DNA of 64,000 nucleotides, from NCBI RefSeq assembly GCF_004010195.1, contig NC_057751.1, positions 2,820,379-2,884,378 of the forward strand. Reading direction: 5' to 3'. The DNA comes from Chiloscyllium plagiosum. Taxonomy: Eukaryota. Made by a program: the position numbers and the translations under genes. Positions within the stretch are counted from its first letter, which is position 1. Each line of letters opens with the position of its first letter. This document shows, piece by piece, positions 37,050-49,714 of this stretch. The notes under the pieces are model-generated. The model worked only from the letters and a program-made list of their open reading frames with translations. It was not told the DNA's origin and searched no databases.

Positions 37050-37445
37050 ATTCATATCTGACGCATTGGAAAATGGTTATGGTTATTGGGAGTCAGTTAT
37101 CACTACCACAGTTCAGCCAGACCCCGGGGTTCCTCAGGGTAGTGTCTTCACCTCAATCATCTTCAGATGCTTCATCAATGACCTTCCCACCATCTTAAGG
37201 TCAGAAGTGGGGATATTCACTGTACAACGTTCAGATCATTCGCGACTCCTTAGATACTGAAACAGTCATGTTCAAATGCCACAAAATCTAGACAATATCC
37301 TGGCTTCAGCTGAAGAGTGACACGTAGCATTCATGCCACGCAAATGACAAGCAATGGCCATCTCCAATAAGGGACAAACTCACAACTGCCCTTGACATTC
37401 AACAGTGTTACCATCACTGAATCCCTCACTATCAACATCCTGCCA
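37050..37445 (+). mobile_element. L2/CR1-group LINE RT, right part
   Basis: ORF 37066-37260 GVPQGSVFTSIIFRCFINDLP. Confidence 0.75.
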
Positions 37446-38495
37446 GTATCCAATTCCATATTCCCACCTGGGCCCCACATTCCTTATTTCCTGTGAGTAA
37501 TAATAATCTATCCATCTCAGTTTAAAGTTACCATTTGACCTCATTTCCATTGCCATTGATGGAAGAGAATTGCAACCTTTAATCATCCTTTGTGTGGAGA
37601 TCTGTTTTCTGACTTTTCACCTGAAAGGCCTGAATCTTTTTTTCTTGATTACGATGCCTACCAGATGCTCCTCAACCAATGAAAATAGTTTCTCTCTGTC
37701 CTCACATTTCTTCTCAATACCAGGAGAATTCTACCAGATCCACTGGACTGTGGGAGGTTTTGGTGTCCAGCTCTGAGCAGGACAGCCAGGCTGAGGTCTA
37801 CTTGGGCAGTACCGATGACACTGCAGTAGTTTTGAATTATTGTAAGGAAGAGTGAGTAGGGTTATTCCCCTGGATCCTGGTGAGAAAGGTCAGTTGCCCT
37901 GTGGGAGATAATGGTGACATCAGTTTGGGGAATGAGGGAAGATTGTACGTTATTTTTCCAAATAACATCAACACCCCTCGATAATAGAGAACCTTCAGAT
38001 ATGGTCAACTTGAATATCCAAAGGACATTGGATAAGATTTGAGCATCAAAGGTTATTGCAGAAAATAAGAGATTTTGCTGCTGGGGCTAATATATTAGCA
38101 AGAATAAAGAATTGATGAGCTGTCAGGAAGGAGAGGGTAAAGATGTGAGGTTACTATCTGTGATCAATGCGACATGCCACAGGAATCAGTGCTCGGCCCT
38201 TACCGATTTGTAATCAATGTCGCTCAGTTGGATAAAGGGATCCAAAGTTTGGGAATTTGACTTGATGATGACCCAAGATAGATGGGAAAGTAAGTTGTCA
38301 AGAGGAGGGAAAAGAGTCTGTCAGGTGACAAATTGTCAGATGGAGTATAATGTGGGGAAATGTGAACTTGTGCACTTTGGCCGAAAGAACAGAAAAGCAA
38401 GCGTTAAGGAAGATTCCATCACTGAGCAGCGCAGGGATCTGACTGTCCTGGTACATGAATCACAACAAGCCAATAGGTTGTACAGAAGGCACTTG

Positions 38496-39311
38496 TGTTA
38501 TGGTCCAGGCCAGACCCGTTCAAAGCATTTCAAAAAGCTAGACCAGACCGGAATGTTTTTAATTGTTTCAGGCAGATTTCAGGTGGATGTCCCAGGAATG
38601 ATGCAGCTGGTCAAACCACTCAGCTTTAAGTAAAATCAGATTGTATTTCCACACCACCAAATGAAGCACATGCAAAAGGAAACAGAATTTAAAATAACAC
38701 CTGTTTGAATGGATGAAAGCAAAACAAAAGGGATGCAGGTTAGTTTGATCTTAGAGTACGATAAAAGGTCAGCACAGCGTCAATGGGCCGAAGGGCCTGT
38801 ACTGTGTTGTGCTGTTCCAAGTTCTATGTTCTCTGAAAACCCAACCGACATGATATCCCTCCAACTTAACAAAGGAGCTGTTCCAATTTCATGCGACATC
38901 CCCACAAACCCACCCCTTGGCAAAAAAGGGGAAGTTCAAACCCAAATTCTTCCAGGAAAGGTGTTAGAGAGAGAGAGAGAGTCAGCCAGAAGCATCCGTT
39001 GAATCTGTTGAAAATATTTGTTTTCCCGGCAGCTTTTTTTAAACCAACAGCTTCAAACAGACTACTTGCTAAAAACCAAACTGGTAAAAAAAAAACATGA
39101 ACTGGGAGATCTAGCCATTTCCCTTTCATTGTTATAAGTGTTTTTAAAAAAAAACACAGAAAGCCTTTTCCCTGATTATTACCTAAGGCAGTATCTATTG
39201 GCCATTAGCAAAGTCCCTCATCCCAGACAAATCGGAACCTCTGCTCTTTCCAACCCCTCTCGGAAAAAACCAAGGACAACAGAACCTTGTTAAAGGAACA
39301 GCATCATGGCA
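38496..39311 (+). mobile_element. Putative solo LTR (Gypsy-like, 4-bp TSD); orientation arbitrary
   Basis: TG...CA ends (TGTTATGG...CATGGCA), TSD CTTG at 38492-38495 and 39312-39315; related inverted copy at 59311-59883; contains a small CR1 tail insert near 38725-38832. Confidence 0.75.
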
Positions 39312-39751
39312 CTTGGGAATGGAACTGGAATTCCTGTGCTTATTGCAAGGGAATCACAAGTTAAAGGAGGGATGTTTTGTTCCAATTGTACAGGACCTTG
39401 ATGAGACCACACCTGAAGGACTGTACATTTTTGGTTTCCATATTTAGAAAAAGATACAAGTGGTTAAGAAGTAGTTCAGAGAAGGCTGACTCGACTCAAT
39501 CCTGGGATGCACTGTTTACGTTATGGAGAACGATCAAACAGGGTCCATTGGAGTTTAGAGGACTGAGAGATGATCTTGTGGGGACTGGATAAGTTGGATC
39601 CAGGAAGATGATTCTGATGCAAGTGTGATGAGAACAAATGGAATAATAAGGCCTCTCCCTTTTAAGAGGAAGAGGAGGAGACTTCTTTCTCTTGTGGAGT
39701 CATTACAGTGTGCAATTCTGTTTCCCAGATAGAGGTGGAGGCGGGGTCATT

Positions 39752-40055
39752 GGGGTGGCACCGTGGATCAGTGGTTAGCACTGCTGCCTCACAGCACCAG
39801 GGTCCCAGGTTCGATTCCAGCCTGAGGTGACTGTCTGTGTGGAGTTTGCACATTCTCCCCGTGTCTGCGTGGGTTTGCTCCGGTTTCCTCCCACAGTCCA
39901 AAGATGTGCAGGCTAGGTGAATTGGCCACGCTAAATTGCCCATAGTGTTAGGTGGAGGGGAATGGGTCTGGGTGGGTTGCTCTTCGGAGGGTCAGTGTGG
40001 ACTTGTTGGGCTGAAGGGCCTGTTTCCACTCTGTTCTAATCTAATATAATCTAAT
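39752..40055 (+). mobile_element. HE1-type V-SINE
   Basis: A/B boxes, V-domain, (CTAAT)n tail. Confidence 0.92.
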
Positions 40056-41974
40056 TATTCAAGGTTCAGTTTCATAAAGTTGTGACAGATTAGGGAGTGA
40101 AGGATTATGAAGGACCAGCAGGAGAGTGAATGAGATCAGATCAGCCAGGATCTTACTGAATGCAGAAACCAGTTCACTGGGCTGAATGGCCTTCTCCTAT
40201 CAATAATTCCTACCTTCTCACCTCTGACCCTGAGGGCTTTTTTTTTAATTTTATGTACGCTTGAAATGGGATGTCAGTTGGGTGCGGGGACGTGGGATGC
40301 ATATCATGCGAGCTCAAATAGTCAAGTGGGAATTCAAGCGAGAAATTAGGGAAGTATTGTCCTTTCCAATACCACACATCCTTCAAAGAAAGAAATAGCC
40401 CATCAGTTTTTGACAGGGCTGATTACTATCGCTGTTGTTAGTGAAGGGAGGGTGTTCAAAGTCAGAGAATGAAGGACATTCAGATTCGGTGCCAGTTTGT
40501 TCTCTCATGCCTACAAATGATCAGGAGTGAAGAATGAAAAAGAAAACATAGATAGCTTCCTCCATTGTTAATTAATCACCAATTTACGCATTTGCTTTGT
40601 GAAAAGTGATGTGTACAATGTGGGTGTCGTTGGAAAAGCTGCTTCCAAAGGAAATCTCCTTTTGTTTGGTTTGATTGTACCTCTGTGACATGAATTAAGC
40701 GTGTGACATCAATGCAAGTTCTTGTTGAAAGAATTAATTCAGATCAACGTCGAAGCAGGTGAAGGACCAAAGGTGAAGTGGAGTGTGCAGGAGAGCATAC
40801 CAGGAGCAGCACAAGACATACTGAAAAATTCATTCTCAACATGGTGAAGTGAACAGGACTCATTGCATGTCAAACAGCAGAAACAGCAAATGATTTTGTA
40901 TTTTCCACTCATGGGATGTGGGCATCACTAGCTGGGCCCAGTATTTATTTCCCCATCCCTAGTTGCCCCTTGAGGACGTGGGGTTAAGCTGCCTTCTTGA
41001 ACCCCTGTAGTCCATGTGCTGTAGGTTGACCCACAATGCCAGATCTTGTTGTATTTGACCATGGACTGCTTCAGTGTCTGAGGAGCCACAAATGGTCTGA
41101 ACATTGTACCGTCATCAGTGAACATCCCCACTTCTACATGGAGTCCGGGAGGTTCTGATTCAGAGGCTCATTCACCACATTTTCAACCTCATGTGTTGAT
41201 TAGCTTCCCGTTAAACACATCTCTGCTGATCGCCTCAACTAGCCCCCATTGTGGCAACTTCAATATTTTCACCATTCCCTGGGTAATGTTTATCCTGAAT
41301 TCACAGTTGGATTTATTGATTTCTTTTTTTGATAGTCCTGAGTTTTAGCTTCCCAATTATATATAAATGGCTGCTCGAACTCTAAAAAGAACACACTATC
41401 ACGTTATCCAGTCTTATGAAAAATGCAATTTAACCAAAAGACAAGAAAGAATGAAAATAGGTAAAAAAAAAAAAGCTGCACTGAAGAATGGTTGTGTACC
41501 TTAAATAAAACAGGAGTGAGGATAGGAACTAACTCCCCTTGGCTGACTTTAAGGTCTGGAGACAAATTGTCCATGGAAATTGGTTTGAAATATAAATTTG
41601 TCAAGATACAGCTGCTCTGTTATAGCTCATAATCAAATTCTTTATGGTCAAAGCCTTAATATGCTTCTGAAGCCTGACAGGAGTTGAAACATCTGTGCAA
41701 ATCATTCCATGCACATCCCATGCCACACGCTGTCTTTGAAGTTTGTTGATAGATTGTTCAGACCCCAGGAGGTTTTTGACTGCAAAATGTGTCAAACCTT
41801 CTTGCGACCTACATTTAAAAACCTCAGCAACTTGTGCCATTCAAATCATGATCAACGTCCCAATTCATTTCGCAGGAGTGTTGTCCGAGGAGAATTGATG
41901 CCAAACTACCTGCACAGAGAGACTGCAATGGTTCAGCCTGCTGATCAGTCTTCCAAAACTGAACGAGCCCCATT

Positions 41975-42515
41975 TGCCTGCTTTTAGCTCATATCCTTCT
42001 AACCCTTTCCGATCTTGTCCAAATGTCTTTTAAATTTGGAATTGTACCAGCCTCCACCGCTTCCTGTGGCAGCTCGCTCCACACATGCACCACCCTCTGC
42101 GTGAAAAGGTTGCTCCTCAGGTCCCTTTTAAATCTTACCCCTCTCACCTTAAACCTAAACCTATGGACTCCCCTACCCTGGGGACAAAAAGACCTTGGTC
42201 ATTTCCCCTCTCCACACCTGTCATGATGTTATAAACCTCTGGAACGTCACTCCTCAACCTCTGACACACCAGGGAAATAAGTCGGAAGCTATCCAGCTTC
42301 CCCTTATAACTCAAACCCTGCAGTGTTGACAAGTTCTTGTAATTTGTTTTTGGAACCTTTGCAGTTGAATGAAATCTTCCCCAGAGCAGGGCGATCAGAA
42401 TTGCATGTAGTACTTCAAATGTGACCTCACCAATATCTTGTACAAGTATTACACGGCATCCCAACTCCTGAACACAATGTTCTGACCAATAAAGGCAAGC
42501 ATGCCAATTGCCTTC
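41975..42515 (-). mobile_element. CR1 3' fragment
   Basis: Minus-strand 'GLSYKGKLD..QRLRSDV.EVYNIM' and TTTTCACGCAGAGGGTGGTG. Confidence 0.8.
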
Positions 42516-44729
42516 TGTAAATGTTGGCCCAGTCAACAGGACCCACATCCTCTGAACAATTTAGATAAAATACAGCTTTTCAGAAAGGTGAATGAATATT
42601 GATTTTAAACGCATCTTCCAACAGGAGAGCAGCAGAGCCAACAACTTTTTTAAAAAAGCAACTACTTGGTTTCTGTATTGTTTGGTGTCTGAGAGTGTTG
42701 GGCTATTTGTACAACATAGACACAACAGGTTCCAGTTGTCACTGTGTCACTGAGGAATCAAATCTAGATATCTCAAGGTGGTGAAAATCAGAGATAGGCT
42801 AGAGCCCAAATATGGAGAAATGCAGAGGTTTGAGAAGGTTGCAGGGGGTTGGATGAGGTTGAAGAGATAGGACGTTTTCAGGTATGGGACGTGAAAATCA
42901 CTGGCTGGGCCAGCATTTATTGTCTATCCAAGTTAGCCCTTGAGAAGGTGGAGATCAACTATCTTCTTGAACCACTTCAATCTTTGAAAATGTGGAAGCA
43001 AATCTTTAAATTAAAGCATTTCTGGAATGGGAGCTGATGAGCATCGGGTGATGGGTGAACAACAGCAGTAGAGTACTGTGTCTGGAAAGTTTATTTTAGA
43101 TGTGATTTGGATCTAGTCCTGTCACTGGTATGTTTCTTGAAAGGATCTTACATAGCCCCCAATCCTAACCCCAAGAGTTTGAAGTCCAGGATCAGTTCTG
43201 TGTTTATGTCAAGATGTCAACAAAAGCCTGGGTTGTTGATAAGTTTCGGCAAGAATTAACAAGTTTTGTGAAAATATATATTCTAAGGAGAATGTTTTAG
43301 GCCCTTTTCAAATGGTTTTACCTTGATTATTTTCAGCTTGCACTGCCTTTCCATCTACATTGTGCTTCTGTGACATTGTCCGACAGAATTGCTTGGTAAC
43401 ACAGAAATTGATGAGTGCTGAAAGAGAGGCAAGCTGTCATGCTTTTGATCTCACACTCAGGAGGACAAATCTAAAAATGTCAAAATTCAAATGAGTCCAA
43501 GAATTTATGTTACAAGAGAAAAGTGTGGTAATTGTTGAGGTGAACAGCTGAGAACTAAACGAACAACCAATGTTGAAAGCTATTTTCCCAGCTCGAACCA
43601 TATTTGCTGTTGCACACCCTGTTCCTTCCTGACTTTCTCTGTTTATCATTACCCATCGCATCACGATGCAGTACTACACTTGTCGATTCTCTTCAAGTTG
43701 ATTCCCTTTTCTATATGTAAACACAAATGTGACCTCATAGTTTAAAACCAACTCCACACCAGGAGACAAGCCTGACCATAGTCCTTGTGAAGGCCATCCC
43801 AACGGTCCAACCTGTCTTTTCCCTGTACTGTCACCGGTGTCACACAAGTTGAAACCCATATCTCCCACTCTCATCTTGGAACATCCCACTCAATTCCAGT
43901 GCGATTGATCCTTTGCCAGTTTGTACTTTCCTCCTGTAGTAATCTCAGAAATGAAACCTTTGTGATCTGCTTTTCAGTTTAATCCCTCGTTGATCAGGTA
44001 CATGCACTTGGTGTGAGTTGGTCATGCTCTGTCCTGTCATGTAACTGTGAGAAAAATGGAGGTCTTTCTGGGAGGCAGTGAGTTGCACCCACCAAGAACC
44101 ACTCAATTTTGCACGTCAGGTTTTGCTGACGATGAATTTGTACAACAGAGTTTGGTGCGATCACAGCCTGTGGTGAGTTGGTCTGTTAACAAAGCATTTA
44201 CCAAGCAATGATGAGAGTCATTTGGGAACTGCCCACTGACAAGTGGGAATTTCACCATGCCGTTTGAGAAAAGTTAACAAAATTCAGCGAGCTGATCTCA
44301 AAGCTAACAACCTGTCACCCCATTGTGTCACTCACCTGGCCATAGCCCACATCACTCAGAACCTGGTAAGGACTCTATCCTAAATTTCTTTCTGTTCAAA
44401 AGTACTGCTTTCACTGATTTCACTTGACTCACCACCTCCATTTTCTCAATCTGTTTTACTTGATCTTGTCACTTTGTAAGCAGCTTCTAAAAGCTATCTC
44501 TGAAACATCTTTGTGTCGCTGGGATATATTTGAGATTTAAATTAGAGCCATCCTTTGAACTGAAGCTTTGCACAGAAACATACTCAGAGCACGTCAACCT
44601 TTAACATATTTTCATTCTTATTTCCAAGATAACACAATTCTTTATGTACTCGCTAATTAGGTGCACATTTAAACCCAATAATGGTACATCAATTTCTTGT
44701 ACTCGGTTAAGAAAGACTGCATTGATAGA

Positions 44730-44960
44730 TCAGCTTTCACAACTATGCAATGTATGTGCTGTAACGTAGGCAATATCACAACCAATTTGCACACAGCCAC
44801 AGCTGTGTGCCACAGCTCCCACAGCAAGCTAGGATAGTGAGAAATCTCCCTTGGTCTTCCTTGAAGGGTAGCTGTGAGGCTTTCTGAAACAGGTGTAAAG
44901 GCAGACAGGGCCATGGATTAAAGCCTCATTCAGAAGACCACAGCTCAGACAATATGCTGT
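44730..44960 (-). mobile_element. Degenerate Deu-domain SINE (SacSINE1-like) fragment
   Basis: AGGCAGACAGGGCCATGGATTAAAGCCTCATTCAGAAGAC and CCAATTTGCACACAGC resemble the reverse complement of the recalled DeuSINE core. Confidence 0.45.
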
Positions 44961-46214
44961 ATGAGGAGAATCAGTATGAGGATGGGAACCAATCTCTTTC
45001 TTCCAATCATTGTGCACCGTCTCTGAAACCATCACATCCTTATCATTCATAAAAACAACTGGATGAATTAACATGGAAACACAGAAAGTAGGAGCAGCAG
45101 TAGGCCATTCAGCCCTTTGAGCCTGCTCCAGCATGCAGTATGATCATGGGTGATCATCCAACTGAGCCCCGTGATCCCACTTTCTCCTCAGGCCCTTTGA
45201 TCCCTTCAGCACAAAGCACTCCATCTAAATCTTTCTCAGAAACTGAAAACAAAACAGAGTGGGTTGGGAATTTTGCACAATACACTCTTCACTGAAAAAT
45301 GTATGCCATGTTTCTGCAATCTGTCAAGGTCAGATTGAACAGATATTTGTGCTGCACTGCATCTGAGTACAGCTTTACCATCAAAGAGCGACAAGAGATG
45401 GATTCAGGAAAGGGGAAACAAGGCACCATTTATGACATGAGGCAATAGTTGAGGAAATTCTTTGGGCACATGTTGATAACTTGTTGAACATTTAGAAAAG
45501 AATTGTTACTTTAGAATGACAGCAGGATACAAATGTTTATTGGTGGTCTTGACAACAGAGTGCTTCTTTATGTCATTGCCATCTGCAGGTTAGAAATTGA
45601 TAAGTCTCTTTTGTACCTTCATTTTCAAAGCAGGGTGCGCAAAGGTGACAGAGACTGTTAGGCCTTTGAAATCACATGAAATGATTAGACACAAACCGAT
45701 CCCCATTGGACTTGTAACACAGATGTTAATAAATATTGTGATTGAATTACCCAGCAGTGAGTTGTAGGGAAGGGATACTGTAAAGAGGGTTGCTCCAAAC
45801 ATTGGCTGTATGATCATTGTGATGTACAACCTCATTAAGCCAATGCGAGGCAGTAACTGTGGGATTGAGGAAAACAGCCTGTGCATCAGTATCCATGTGT
45901 GCATTCATCTAGGTGTTAAATTAAAACCTCATAAAAATGATTAATCTGAGACAGAAGGACTGAGCAATATTGTGACCTCAAATAGACTGAATCACAGCCC
46001 CTGTAATTCACACCAGACAGGAAATATGATTTTAATAAGTCATAAAGTAATAAAACTCTTGATAAAAAAAACCTATAAGGGTGGATTATAACTATTGGAA
46101 CAGTGCATCCTTCTGAACTGCATTTAAAGAAAAATATTTCAGTTTACTGGTTGTTCTCTTGGCTTTTTCAGTGCACCTGCTTTGTTTTCTGTTCTCTCCG
46201 CGTGTATTGCACAA

Positions 46215-49020
46215 GACTGTAAGACCATAAGACCGAGGAGCAGAAATTAGGCCATTCAGCCCATCAAGTCTGCTGTGCAATTCAATCAAGTTTCTCAACC
46301 CCATTCTTCCACTTTCCCCCTGTAACCCTTGATTCCCTCAATACTCAAAAAACAATCGATCTCAATCTTAAATATATTCAAAGACCTGGCACCCACGGCT
46401 TTCTGTGGCAATGAATTCCATAGATTCCCCACTCTCTGACGGAAGAAGTTTCTCTTTATCTCTGTTCTAAAACTCTTCCCTTTACTCTAAGGAAGTGCCC
46501 TCAGGTCCTAGTATCTCTCACCAATGGAAACACCTTTCCAACATCCACTCTGTCCAGGCCATTCAGGATTCTGTATGTTTCAATTAGATTCCCCCTGCCC
46601 CCCTCATCCTTCTAAATTCCATCAAGTATTTATTCAGAATCCTCAAACGTACCTCATATATTAATCGTTCATTCCTCGGACCATTCTCATGAACCTCCTC
46701 TGTACACGCTCCAGGGCCAGTCCATCCTTCCTGAGATATGGGGCCCAAAACTGCGCACAATATTCTAAATGTGGTCTGACCAGAACCTGATAGAGCCTCA
46801 GAAGTACATCCCTGCTTTTATATTCATGTCCTCTCAAAATAAATGCCATCATTACATTTGCCTTCATAACTACTGACTCAACCTGCAAGTTGCCCTTGAC
46901 AGAATCCTGGACTGGAATCCCCAAGTCTCTTTGCACCTCAGACTTCTGAATTATCTCCCCATTTAGAAAATAGTCCATGCCTCTATTCTTCTGACCAAAG
47001 TGTATGATCTCACACTTTTCCACATTGTACTCCATCTGTCACTTCTTTGCTCACTCTCCAAAGCTGTCCACATCCTTCTGCAGCTTCCCCGCCACCTTAA
47101 TGCTACCTGTCCCTCTACTTATCTTTGTATCATCTGTAAAATTAGCCAGAATGCCTTCAGTTCCTTTATCTAGATGGTTAATGTATAAAGTGAAAAATTG
47201 TGGTCCCAACACTGAGCCTGGCGGAACACCACTTGTCACCAGCTGCCGTCCTGAGAAGGATCATTGTATCCCCACTCTCTTCTTTCCACCAGACAGCCAA
47301 GCTTCTATCCATGCTCACACCTTGCTTCTAACACCATGGGCCCTAATCTTACTCAGTAGCCTCCTCCTGTATGGCACCTTGTCAAAGGCCTTCTGGAAAT
47401 TCAGGTAGATAACATCCATTTGCTCTCCTTGGTCTAACCTGCTCATTATTTCCTCGAAGAATTCTAGCAGTTTTGTAACACATGACCTCCCCTTGGTGAA
47501 ACCATGCTGCCTTTGCCTTGTTTTACCATACACTTGCAAGTATTCATAAATCTCACCCTTCACGATATATTCCAGTATCTTAGGCTAATCGAATATAATT
47601 TTCCATCTTTTGCCTTACTCCCTTTTTAAACAGGGGTGTCACGTGAGCAGTTTCCTCGTCCCCTGACTCATGATTCCTGAAAGATCACCACTAATGCCTC
47701 CAGTATCTCTTCAGCTACCTCACTGAGAAACCTGGGGTGTAGTCCATCTGGTCCAGGGGATTTATCCACTTTCAGGCCATTCAGTTTTTCTAGGACCTTC
47801 TCCATGGTGATGGCCACCAAACTCAGCTCTGGCCCCTCACTCTTTTGAATCTTTGGGATGTTACTTGTGTCTTCCACCATGAAGACTGACGTGAAGTAAT
47901 TATTCAGTTCCTCAGCCATTTATTTGTTTCCCAATACTATCTCTCCTGTGTCATTTTCCAGCATCCCAAGTTCCACTTTTGCCTCTCTTTTGCCCTTTAT
48001 ATATCTAAAGGAACTCTTACAGTCTTCCTTTGTATTACTGGCCAGCTTACCCTCTATTTAATCTTCTCCCTTCTCTTATTTCTTTTGTTGTTGCCCTCTG
48101 TTGGTCTTTGCAAGCTTCCCAATCCTCTGGTTTCTCACTGTTGTTATGAAGATGTCAGTGTATTGTACCTTTCAGACAGTTAAAAGCTGGCAGAACTGCC
48201 TGACAGCACCAAATGCTCTGAACAAGATGCAATGTCACCTTTTGGTCCAGCAGTTAGTGTAGCTGGTTGCTACAGATTCGAACAGATTCGAATCAGGCCA
48301 ATCAGTTTAAATTATACCCCAAAAAATACCAAATTCCAATCAAGTTTGAATTTAGTATTTTGACAATATTAAAAATCAATGCCACAGTCCAACATTTTGG
48401 AGGTATAAGAGCAGGGAAGACTGAACAGTTGGGAAGAGAACTGCCACAAGATCAACTGACGTAGGCTGCTCGTCAGAACTGTCTGAGAGGTACCTGTCCA
48501 GGGAAGGAGTTTCCACAGAGAACAACATCGACACCAACCTAGAGAGAAAATCTGCAAAGAGAAGGTTTGACAGTTGGCTGGTTTTTAAATTTGAATTTTT
48601 CAGCAATTCTTAATCGGGGATTTTATTGGACTAGTACTATAGACGGGAAGGTAAAATATAGGTTAGAGGAAGGAGTTGTAAATAGGTGTTAGTTAATTAT
48701 TCTCTGTTATACTTTAAGAAATAAAGTTGTTAATTTGTACTTTAAACAGCTCTTGGCCTCTCAGATTTTCACAGATTACTGCACGGGATAAATCTTTTCT
48801 GTGTTGCTGGATTAAATTAAGCAGGAGGATTTAACCCCGTGTTGTAACACTTTTTTTTGCTACTTTATATGCTTTTTCTTTTGCTTTTATGCGATCCCTG
48901 ACTTCCCTGTTCAGCCACGGTTGCCTCATCCTCTCTGTACCACGTTTCTTTTTCCTCAGATAAATCTCTGCTGTGTCTCCTGAATTACTCCCAAAAACTC
49001 CTGCCATTGCTATTCCAACA
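46215..49020 (-). mobile_element. CR1 LINE ORF2 to tail, interrupted by a solo LTR
   Basis: Minus ORFs: KSPGPDGLHPR, QHGFTKGRSC, FQKAFDKVP, GVPPGSVLGP, RPHLEYCAQFWAP; tail (TCTTAYGG)n near 46220. Confidence 0.93.
48142..48849 (+). mobile_element. Putative solo LTR
   Basis: TGTTATGA...TTGTAACA termini; flanks CTGT and CTTT (possible 4-bp TSD, one mismatch); TATAAG near 48404 and AATAAA near 48720; the host CR1 resumes on both sides. Confidence 0.75.
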
Positions 49021-49331
49021 GTTTCACACAGAGCATGCTCCTTGAACTTTGTGGAGTTGAAAAGAAGTTCTCCCCAAATAAACATCGAACATTCGTGTCA
49101 CAAATCCCATGGGATTGTAGTTTATCATGAAATAACAACAGCCTGCACTTAGATAGTGCCTTGATGCTGTAAAACCCCTTGTGCTGTTTCCCAAGGGCAC
49201 TGACAGATGACACTTGACACTGAACCATGAAGGAGATCTAGGACAAGTGACTAGAAGGGATAGGTTTGCAGGGTCATTTTAACGAAGGAAAGTGACCTGA
49301 CAAAGAAATTCCAAGAATTTAGGAACAGGCA

Positions 49332-49417
49332 ATGGGCTTTTACCTGAAACATCAACTTCCTGCTCTTCGGATGCTGCCTGACCTGCCGTGCTTTTCCAGC
49401 ACCGCACTAATCTTGAC
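49332..49417 (+). mobile_element. Mini PLE pseudo-LTR insert with partial hammerhead motif
   Basis: GGGCTTTTACCTGAAACATC...GATGCTGCCTGACCTGCCGTGCTTTTCCAGCACC; TSD ACAGGCA at 49325-49331 and 49418-49424. Confidence 0.75.
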
Positions 49418-49714
49418 ACAGGCAGCTGAATGCACAGCCAGCAGAGCTGGATGTACAAAATCAGAGATTCACAAGTGTTTATTATTTGAGGAGCACAGAG
49501 GTAAGGCATAAAGAGAGGAGGTGAAACCATGCAGAAATTTGAAAACAAGAACGAAAATGTTAAATTCAAGCTATTGGTGAACTGAGAACTAAATTAGGTC
49601 AGCGAGGACTGAGTCATAAGTCAGGATTAGGCAACAGCATTTTTGATGAGGTCAGGTTTGCAGAAGGTTTTGGAGCAGGATATCCTACAAGCCTTTCCTT
49701 GTGGCGCCACTGGC

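Larger units (their letters stand above)
37990..40215 (+). mobile_element. Old CR1 fragment interrupted by a solo LTR (38496-39311) and an HE1 SINE (39752-40055)
   Basis: QMEYNVGKCELVHFGRKN before the LTR; QLYRTLMRPHL and RGLRDDL after it; tail near 40140-40210. Confidence 0.7.
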
